DNA of 64,000 bases from Balanoglossus misakiensis (Eukaryota > Animalia > Hemichordata). The notes beneath the pieces were generated by a model. The model saw only the letters and a list, made by a program, of their open reading frames with translations, had not been told where the DNA came from and searched no databases. Positions within the stretch are counted from its first letter, which is position 1. Each line of letters opens with the position of its first letter. The stretch covers positions 5,696,699 through 5,760,698 of the forward strand of contig CM082581.2 of the NCBI GenBank assembly GCA_040954595.2, written 5' to 3'. The translations under genes and the position numbers were made by a program. Shown in pieces: positions 53,461-64,000 of the stretch.

Positions 53461-56400
53461 AGTAAACACATGGACTTTTGTACAAAAGCAGGAAGAAAAT
53501 GATAGGTTATTTTATATAAAAAAAAGAGCTGAACAATTTTCACATCATGAACTTTTTTAACTGTACAGTTGACAATTTGAACCATTGGAAGTATCTCTCT
53601 TTGTAAAATTTCTGTGGGTTCATCATGTTGGAATTGTTTGGACAAATCAGAAGGGACCAGTGCTTGGCTAAAAAGCGGTTTTATCTTCACCCACTGGGAT
53701 GGAATAAGTCAGACAGCTAATTGGCTGACAAGGACAATCAATACAAAGATTTCAGAATGATAGTTTTTGACCATAATTCACAGAATGTGCCTTCTCTTAC
53801 CTTGGATTGGTCGATTACCTGGAGAAATGGCCTTTTTCTACCGTAAGAATCATTCCATTATTCAGAAGCCGGGATGTGCTGACTGAAATTTACATGTAGT
53901 CATTACCTTGGTCAAGAAACTGACAATGCCTGATTTACAAAAAAGAGTTTTTTAAAGTACATGTACCTTTTCTCACAAATTCATTCTATTGAGGAATTGC
54001 CACCTGAGATATAGTGTTGCTTTTTTCATCTTTTGGATTACTGTGTAAATGTCAATTTTCTCTCAGTATTAAAACTTCAAAGGAACTCCTTCAAAATACG
54101 ACAGTATATGGAGTTTTTCAATGACAGTGATTCTACAGAATTTCTATATGTATTTTTGTAATAAGCAGACTTTTGAAATTTGAAAACAATAAGTCATTGT
54201 GAACTTATAAAGGCTATTTTTCTCATTTTTCAGATTTTTTTGCAGAAAGGGCAACTCAAATATGAACGCTTGTATATAAATATATGTAGGGAGGGTCATG
54301 CACTTTAAAGGTGTACAGCCCCTAGATACATTCAAGCATGCAATCTGAATTTTAGATTTAATATTTTCACAGTATGAAGCGAATATTCAAGTCACATGAT
54401 GTCTTCCATGATTACACAGTTTAATATCCGATTTTTGATGCTGGAACTGATGTGTATATATATATTTAAATATTTTTTTAATAATGAAAGGTCTTTGAAG
54501 CACAAGTGTGGACATAGCTCTGGCTGTATTGATGAAACGGAAAATGGGAAAAAATCAATGGAGTATTGAAATTTTTTTTTTTTTTTTGAGAGAGAGAGAG
54601 AGCCATGGAATGAAACATCTACACTCTGAAGTGCGGTTGGACTGGACGCCTTGAAGCCAAATGCACTGAGCAACACTGTGCCAGCTAAGGTATCAAGTAG
54701 AGGAACCATCACAACCACTTCCGACGTGAAATATTTACTGTCTTGTGCATTTTATCTTGCCAGATAAAAACGAAACCATTTTAAGCATTTTATTGAAAAA
54801 ATTTAAAGGCTCAGATTTCGTGGCTTTGGTGTCGCAATGTGTTTCAGGCAATTGCTGAAATTGCAAAAAGCAACTCGTGTATAGTAATTCAGTTGTGGAG
54901 TTGGTTTTCAGATAATTGCTTGCTGTATTTTAAGTCGAGAACCAACTGATCTGTGCTTACATTTAAACCTAATTTTTATTTCTGAAATAATAAGATGCAG
55001 TAGTAACTGTAAAAAACACCCAGTCTGACACCTCTTTTAAATTTTTAAATTTTTTACATTCACCTGTTTGTTCGGAATTTAATATCATAAGTGCCTTCTG
55101 TAACTTTGCAGTTCCCATGGCGATACATCAAACAGCAGCGAGCTAATTCCAGTTGGGTTTGTTACCACAGAGACCGTCTAAAACTATTCTTGCATGCATG
55201 GGTATACACAGGCCATGATTCTAATGTAATATAGGCAAGGAGTCAAAATTAGATGTCTCTCTTCACACTATTTGAGGAAAAATGCACATTTTTCCTGACA
55301 AAAACCGCATTACCTGGATTTCTGATGTGAGATCGCATATTGTTCAACACGCATGTCATTGCTATTCAATGTTTTTATCTAGATAGAAATGGCATTGTGT
55401 CTTACTGTGTATATATTATGTATTTTTCAAAGAATCGGTTGAGAGAGCCAGTACATTAGGAAAGTGAAATCTGGAACGTGAGATATACGCGTTGAATGAG
55501 ATGCCTGACCTCTGGAAGGTCATCTATTGTAACCTTGTATGATTGTAAGTTCATGGTGACTTCTCTATATATCTGATCTCTGCATTGTGAATGAGATAAA
55601 CTGGCAAGTATTACATGTAATTTCCCGTCAGTCTGGTTTCAGTGCTATTTTTTCTGGAACAGTTCTATACACGGATAAAAAAGAAATACATTTTAATAAA
55701 TAAAACAAATGAACTCAACATAAATTTGTTTATCATTGCCTTTGCATCATGGTATGTTATTTAAAATGCCAGCTACTGTTCTTCAAACATGAAATTTTAT
55801 ATGCAATAAATATAACGTTCTACTATCAGGCATAGAATTTTGGACTCCATATTTTGTCTCCACACATTTGTCATTTCGTTTATTTTTTTGTGTGTGTCAG
55901 AACATGCGATGCAGTGAGGTATAAATCGAGCTCAACATGCCTTTTGTTAATTCTGCGCTCTTTTTAAATGCCTTTCTGCAATCGGCAGCCTTTAGTTAAA
56001 CTTAAAATTGTCACGGATTTCAGCACATGTAGACTGACACGCTGGCTACTCCACTGCTGCCTCCAAGCTTGTATGCACATGTTGGTTGTCATGGGCAACG
56101 CATTTATGGCATATATTTAAATACTTTATGCTGGCCAATTAACGTTTCTGCTATAAAGTGCTCACATTTTTTTTTCTTCTGATTTGATTTTCAATAGTCG
56201 TTTCAATAGTCTTCCATGCCAGTGCGTGCCTCATGTATGCGAATGCTTATTTTATTCTCCCCGATGAGTGACAGCTGGGTATTCATTCAACGTGTGCTGG
56301 CGTAATTTTGCACAACGTTCATGCTTCAGCTAATGTTCTCTGCGAGACTAAATATTAAACCCCTCCCACTGGCATTCCCACCTTAAAGTCCAAGGTCCTC

Positions 56401-59400
56401 GAAAACAACGGGGGGCTCTCTCACTGGCTCGCGGGGGTGGACAGGTCCACTTCACCTCGTCTTGCTGTCAACTCGCTGCAGTTGCTTGCAGAACACAAAG
56501 AACGTGTCAAAAATGAGCGGGTCCTAATTGATGGGAGACAGATTGCAAGATGGATGCGAAGATAATTACAGTGGCGACTGTGATGGCATTCAAGTATCAT
56601 TTCCAACGAAAGAATGCGTTTCAATGTTGACGCCCCATTGCAGTCAAATAATTAAGCGCTGGTGTGCGAGAGCAAGAAGAAAAAAACCTGTAATATGATA
56701 AGGCATACTTTTAACTAGCGACCTTGACAGGTATTCTCATTCGGAAGTGGAGTCCTTCAGAATTGAACTCCCCATCCATTGTACCTGATAAAGATTGAAA
56801 TTTGCATAGTATGCAATCAACAAGTTTCTCTGGGCAATGCAGAGCTTTATAAGGGCACTGATTGGGTAAAACCTTTACTGATAACCTATTGAGGCCAGCC
56901 GTGTGGTGCACACACGTATATATGAAATGTGACGTTAGCAGAGTTGATGTGTGTGCATAATCTACTTTTATCAAAGCAACGGATATAAAACTGCACTTAC
57001 CACCGCTAATAATTACTTGCAGTAAAACCTCTCGTGAAAATAATGTCATCCTGGCCTTACACAAAGCTGCCGTTAAAATTGTTTGCTTAAAGTTCATGAG
57101 GAAATTTTGAGTACTTATTTTATGCAATTAACAATCCAATTCACTGTTATCAACATGTTTTTCCGGACTACATTTTGCCGCCAATTGCATAGTAACCCAA
57201 GAAAATATCTTGTGTTTAAACATATTTGCATGCACTGAGAATTTGTGATAAAAATTCAGGTGAGGCCATATTGTTCTAGGTTTATGGCAGTTCTAAATTT
57301 GAGTGACCCTGGTTTCACAAACCCCACCCTTCATTTCCAGGAAAATTGCCACACACACCATTTTATGTACAACTGTATTTTACTGATAATAGCTGGGTGT
57401 TTCAAAGTTTTCCAAAATTTAATTTTTACAAGAAACCACAAAAATTATGCAACTTAAAATAAATATAAACACCAAACAAGGTTACTAAGGCAATATTTTG
57501 TGTTCAAAATATACTGAAAACCTGTACATATTGAAAAATATTGTTTGGGAATTTTATACAATGTGGTATTTGAGAATAAATAGTAAAAGATACCTGTGTA
57601 TGAAATAATCAGATATAGTTCTATCCATAAAAATTAAATACACATTTGATCCAAATTAAATACAAATTCTGGAGCAGACTAGCAACCTGGTGTTTAGGGT
57701 GAAATTTCAGGGAATTGGGATAGCTGTCAGGTGACCCAAAATTCTTTCCAAAAAGGTAGTTACCATGGCAGCGATACTCAGCTCGAAGCAAAGCACACTA
57801 GAATAGGTACAGAGATTACTGATTTATATCAAAATTGATGAATGTTCAAAACTGCATATTTTGTTAAAATTAAAGCAGAAATGATTGATCAACCGAACAA
57901 TAATTATTGTATACTGTTCTTATTAATATTCATGCAATAAATAAACAACCTAGCTCTCGCTAAGTGCTTTTTTTCCCTTTGTGTCAACACATTACAGCCA
58001 GACAGTCCTAGAAACCAGGTCACTTGTCAGTGCAGTGGCATTATGTAGGTCATCACAAACATTTGCTGCTGTGAAGTGCAAGTTCAAGGTCTTCAGTATC
58101 CAAACACGTCAAATCTGATGTTGTTTCCATTTAAAGCACGATCATGACCGTTTGGAAGACTATGTGCACTAAAATCCTGGAGATTGGTTGTCGGGAATTG
58201 TTCATAATTTTTCCATTTCATGAATGTGCAAACCGCAGATATATTTGTCATGTGACTTTGCATTTACATGATGGATGAGGTGCTTTGATTTTCTATTTCG
58301 ATTGGCTTAAAATATGTACAGAGAGGCCTGGAGTGTGAGGCCGTGAACTGTTTTGCATGAACAAACGTACCGCGTACATTTGCAGTGAAAAAATTCTCCC
58401 CAGTGTAAAAGAGCAGGCCCTGTAGATTAAAGCCTTCGATACAGGTCTGTGCTTGTCAGCATGGAGACATGCTGAGTTATATGGGCTGCTGTAGGTCTGT
58501 ATATACATGTATCTACTGCTGTGGTGACATGGCTGTATATGTCTGTGTGCTGTACGTGACACTATGTGAAGATATATCTAAAATACCTGGTTGTCCCAGC
58601 ACCTGTGTGTACGTACAGGACTATACATGTACATGCGCTGTACACTATAACCCTGACCTGTGATATGGGCTGATTTTATTAGTTAAAAAAATATTCCTTT
58701 TTCACATGTAACTTAAATTGTCAAAATTGGCCCTTTTTTCTGAAAATGTGCACACCTGAAATCTTGCAAATTTTTGGCCCTGGAGCAGCTAGGCCCTTGG
58801 CATTCCAGAGTTTCAACCCTGTTCACTAGCACATTTCTGCCCTGTGATTTCAGCTAGCAGAGTCAGAAATGTCCCATACTATCAGGCCTCATCCAGGACA
58901 GCTCTGAAATTGGTCCAACTTTTCAGGCCCTTAATATTAAACAGATGCTATTTCTCAGGGCCCTGTTACAGGTACATTAGCTCTGAAATCAGCCTGAGAC
59001 TGGTTTTCTAGCTGTGTTTCTATCGCCATGGTTTCTACTGACAAGTCCTGTTTATGTGGCATTTGTATTGATATTGTAAATTAAAACATGCAAAGCCATG
59101 ATATTTGACAGCTCTGTTGGGGTGTGCAACAGTACCCAACAGCTCACAACTTTCCTCCGCCTGTCATGTGACATTTTAGATTTTTTACACTTTTCTGTGT
59201 TCTGCATGTTCTCTATAACCTTGAGCTCAATTTGCTTGATACCTGCCTCTGTACACAGTATGGATGACTCTAATAACTCTCTATTTGCAGATGGCAAATT
59301 CTCTTCAGATCTACATTTGTGGAGGCCGGCCTTAAATGTGTCCATCATGCTGAAGATGAGTTTTTCAGACCAATAACCAGGCCATCTAAACAAACAAGCT

Positions 59401-62400
59401 GGTGTTCAGTTTCATTCCCATTCCATAACATTCAAATGAGGCACTGTTGACCTACTTTGCCCTTCCCTGCTGATCAGACGTCATCCCTGCCTCATGGTGT
59501 TGTTTTGAAAACCAATACACTTCTATCAGCGGGATATAATCTCTACACAAGTCCTCAGTAAAATTTTGTGTACAAATTTTAATGATATCTCTCTCTCGGC
59601 ATGTCATTGACCTGACAATTTTCTGATTTAATCGACGATATTTTTTTAAAGAGAGTAATGCTTTTTTAGTTCAATTCCCATTAAAAAGCCTGAGAGCGCA
59701 CATAATTTCCTTATCATGTGTATTTTGAGGGAATTTTTATGGTCAGAGTATTTTCCCATAGTGGAGGATTTCGAACAAACAGCCCCCTGCCTTTATATTA
59801 AATAAATTAATGTAATAGTGCTTTCAACCTCAATTTACTGGTCTGCATAAGCTGTCATGATTCGACCGGCATATCTGTGCGGTGAGCCTGTGTTAGATCT
59901 GTCAATTCTTAAAGCCTTCGAAAAACACAGCTTGGTGCAAGTGTCAGTGTTGCTGACAATTGCATGAATTGGCGTTTGGACAAAACAGCACCACAAAAAA
60001 TCTTGAATTTGCCTAGAGCTGTTGTCTAAGCGTTGCAGCTGATTCTATACATTTTAATCTCGTTTCATGTAAAGCGCATTAAAATATAACCTAAGCGCAC
60101 TAGTTCACCAAAACATAATTAATTTTGTGAAACCAACAAACCAGGCAAAGATGCGGCGACTAGATGTCCGCAAGTAAGATGTGCAATATTCCAGAAATGG
60201 AAATCGTTCACTGTTACACTGACGAGATAACAGACAAGCATATGTTGTACTCAATGAAAATTTATCGCGACATCATCTCTGTTGCACAATGAATAGACCT
60301 AGCTGAGTCTCATTTCTATGATAATTTTTAGCTGGAATAAAGCTGGCTGATTTTGCAGGTTTTTGAAAAAAAATCACTTGCATTGGTATCGTGAATTTCA
60401 TGGTGTGTCACTGCAGTGCAAGCGATATTACCGCGTAGAAATACGTTTTTTTTTAATTTTTAATTAAATGTTTAATCATCTATCTTTGTAACAAACAGGC
60501 TTGTCTAGATTTGTCAAACCTACGTACATAGAAATACATGCACGCATACAATACATCATGCATATATGTACATACATATATAATACAGTGTACACAATAT
60601 ACATACAATATGCTGACCAGCGGCACATGTTGAAGTATATTTAAGGAATTTCACTGAAAATGAAAGTGTTTTCCTGGAATGTGGCGTGTTCATGTCTTCT
60701 ATGATGCACTGCTTGTTAAATGTAAAATCAGTAATTGCTGAATCAGCATTTTTTTTAGATGTGGATATAACTGCACTTATCCAAGAGGAATTTCTCTGTA
60801 GGAAATCTAAAATGTACTTAAAAATGACTTCCTTAGAATTTGATCGTGAGATGGAATACGGAGTGGGTATAATGTCGGTTTTTCTGCAATGAATGGAGAT
60901 TGGTGGATGTATAGGCACGTTAAGGCTTGTTCATGTACATGTATATGAAATGCACAAGTGTCGAGTAAACAGAATCTTGACTCCGGGTGGAAACAATAGG
61001 CAATGGGGAAAAGAAATCATAAAATAACATATTATTAACATTCACACAAGAGAAATATAACGATGGGTTGCAGCATGAAAACTGAGACAATAATACCTTG
61101 AGTATAAATGGTTTGTAGAGTGACATGGTTTAACATGAATGGTGCAAATGCCCCCAACCAAAAGGGTCAATTTTGATTCATTGTTGAAAATGTACATTGA
61201 TAAAATTCTTCTGATATTGTCAGCAAGCATTTAGGTCTTTGGGGAAATAGGCAAAACACAATGTATAATATTGCTTTTGGTGAATTCAATACATTCAGTT
61301 GTTTGTCATGTACTGTCAATCAAATCTATCAGAAACACATCTCTACGCTTTTATATAATATTTTTTCCCTGCATCTTATTTACCAAGTATTCCATAGCAA
61401 AAAAAATGTTGACATATTTATGAAACTGCATGATTCTTCAGTCTGAATTTATTAATGCTTCATATGTTCTGTCATAAAAATTTACACGTATTTTATGGAA
61501 ACACGCAGTTGCAATCTCAGTTACAATATGGTGTGTGCCAGGGTTTATAACTTGAGAATGAAGTGTTCAAGGCAAGGTCAGAGCGGAAGACTGTTAATCA
61601 GTGATGTAGGTTAATGGATCAGCATGGCCGCCTTCCGCTTTCCCACAATGCAATATTCTCCCCAGCTTCTTTCAGCTGTCAAACCTGCTTGGAACTGAGT
61701 GTTTTGTCACTTAACCTTGTTTGGCAGTTTTCTTGACCTACAAGCTATACCTCCAAGACATCTAAAAAAACACCTATAGCCTCTGTGATTTTTTGTTCTG
61801 TAAACTAACGTCACCAAGCAGCTTTATTGCGAGTTCTACTTATTTGTACATTATCTGTTCAAGAGACCAAAAGAATTGAAGTCCTCTGAGAAAACTGAAA
61901 TAAGCTGTGCCACCCATTTGAAACCATCCAAGGTGACCTTGTACGTCATCAGCTGGATGAATGAAAGATTATAAGCAGGGGCTTGGAAGTACTGGATGGA
62001 AGTTGATTTAATTTTAAAACTCTAAATGGAAAACTGAGCTGTACACAAAATTTAAAAGGCCAAGTGGTATTCGTCTAAATTCTTTGATATGCACATTTTA
62101 CATCAGTATATTGTTAAAATTGGAGTAATAAACAGTGTTATTGAGTCTGAGTATTGACTTTCCAGGGTACGTGTTAGTGCAGGAGTATTGAGTATTGTGT
62201 ACATGAAAAATACATACTCTACTCTGTGTTTAATTTTATTTCAAAACATGTACATGTATATATATAATCATAATTTACATGTGGTGTTGATATGAAAAAT
62301 GACATCGTCAGCTGAGAAGTGCAGGGCTGATATTTAAACCATTTCAAGTTAGAAGTCACTACAATCCAACTTTACAAATTTGATTTCGTCACACTCTCAT

Positions 62401-64000
62401 TAAAGTGAAATTTTCTCTAATTTTCAGGGTTTTTTTTCTTCCCCATTGCCGCGGTGTTTGCTGTGATATTGAACAGCTCTGCCCATTAGCTGACCCCAAG
62501 GTCAACCAATCAATAGTAATCAAGCATTTCTGGTTTCTATTTTATTAAATTCATCAAAGTCCTATAGCTGCCACAATTGTCGATACGACTCTCCAGAAAT
62601 TGAACACTGCATAAATTTAAAGTTTTTTTTGTGGTCATGTAGTTGACCTTAGAGTTGACCTATCTCGGGTGACATTGAACTGCCCTCCAGAACCGGGAGG
62701 GTTTCCAATTATATATAGTATACTTCAAGGTGAAGCAATGTGTGAAAATGGGGCCCTGTGTTCAGAAATCCGACAAAAACAGTGAGTTTTATGCTGGGAA
62801 AATAATTTTTTATCATGCACTCACATTAAGAGTGTCTAAAATTTAAGTTGCGTCAGACGTCATAATGCTTAATAAAAGAGTTGTTTTTAAAAAACCACTG
62901 CGTAAATTTGACATTTTATTTAGTCATCCTAATACACGTGAGTCAGCAATTACTTTGTAGCAATACTTGGAAACTACAATTTTTTTTTCTGGTTCAGAGG
63001 TCGAGCTGGCAAAGAATTATGTACTTTTATCGACCTGTCTGTCTGTCTGCCCACGCTGCTTGCCAAGGGTAAATCCCCTTCTATTTCTGGCGTTGATGTG
63101 ATATTGTCAGAATTTTTTTTTTCCTTTGCTTTTATAGCGTTCCAAGTAAAAGCAACGCAAAACGTTTAATTATTAATTTTCTAAATGAAAAGATTTTGAT
63201 TAATATCAGCATTTCTGCCCAGGATTAAATGCAACAAGGTAATAAAAGCTGCTCCTTCTGTGATACAGCAAATAAATATCCTGGGAACTTTGAACAGTGT
63301 GAAGAGGTGGTGGTTGGTATTTTATATGTTGTTAATATTTGACAGAGATTACTGTAATGGTCAGCTTCGCCAAATGTTGAAATAAATACCACTTTTGGGA
63401 ATCTCAACTGGATGATATTAAAATCTGTTAATTATTAGACCAGTCATGAATATCATTTAGAATTTTGGCACCATGATATTCTAAATCTTAAAGACATATG
63501 TACATTGTATATAAAGTTATAGAAATGAAGTTTGTTATAAATAAATATTCTGTGATTTTGTTGCTATATTGTAACTTAACATTCAAAAAGCACGTGTCCT
63601 TGCTTTTAACTAGATTGAAGTGTGCATGAGTACACATGGGTTGGTCAGTTATGTGAATAATAAAAAAACCCAGGGCTTTAGGAAGGTTTATATGAGCCCT
63701 TCACCTTTCAAGCAAGGGGCCTCACCTTTTAAGGACAAATAACTAGAAGACAGTGAGTCTTTGTTTGCTTGTGGACATGCTCCGTAGTGTGACAGAAGGG
63801 TTTGGCCTTTAATCTCAGCATTTGCCCCAATTTTTTCTGGCTCCTTCAGACATGAACACACACGTTTGTTTTTTGTGGGATTTTTTTTTTTTTTCACACT
63901 GGCCTGCCACTTCGGTGGTCATTTTTCTTGCAGAGACCTTTGATTCGAGCAGAGTCCAAAAACAGAACGCTTGGCATAATTATTAGGAGTACCTATACAC

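Noticed and set aside
57690-63900. Possible hAT-type MITE ends (cagggct..., ...caaccctg)
   Set aside because: Could not pair termini or find TSDs with confidence.

Overview
Eukaryotic (invertebrate bilaterian-type, AT-rich introns, GT-AG spliced) genomic DNA; no prokaryotic features, rRNA, tRNA or CRISPR seen. By manually splicing exons I reconstruct eight protein genes: (1) 5' part of a minus-strand gene with a repeated 'L..RR.VS..L...F...LE' motif resembling the plant/invertebrate RING/U-box (PIR1/PIR2-like) family, running off the left edge; (2) CCDC172-like coiled-coil gene; (3) DOK1/2/3-like PH-PTB adaptor; (4) DDX41/abstrakt; (5,6) two tandem intronless cytosolic sulfotransferases; (7) a full-length SLFN11/13-type Schlafen (AlbA_2 + SWAVDL-like + SF1 helicase); (8) a 20-exon SLP-76/BLNK/CLNK-family adaptor (SAM, nine YxxP motifs, proline-rich repeats, SH2). 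Six of them form three head-to-head pairs. Most notable: a compact neighbourhood of homologues of vertebrate immune genes (DOK, DDX41, Schlafen, SLP-76) in an apparent invertebrate, with Schlafen and SLP-76 sharing a ~350-bp divergent region containing a perfect AGGTCA DR5; an E-to-Q change at a Schlafen RNase catalytic position; and a sulfotransferase duplication that appears to have captured the Schlafen poly(A) signal. Several MITE families are present. The last ~12 kb has no recognisable coding exon. Species cannot be determined from the sequence alone; all homology calls are from motif recognition, not database searches.
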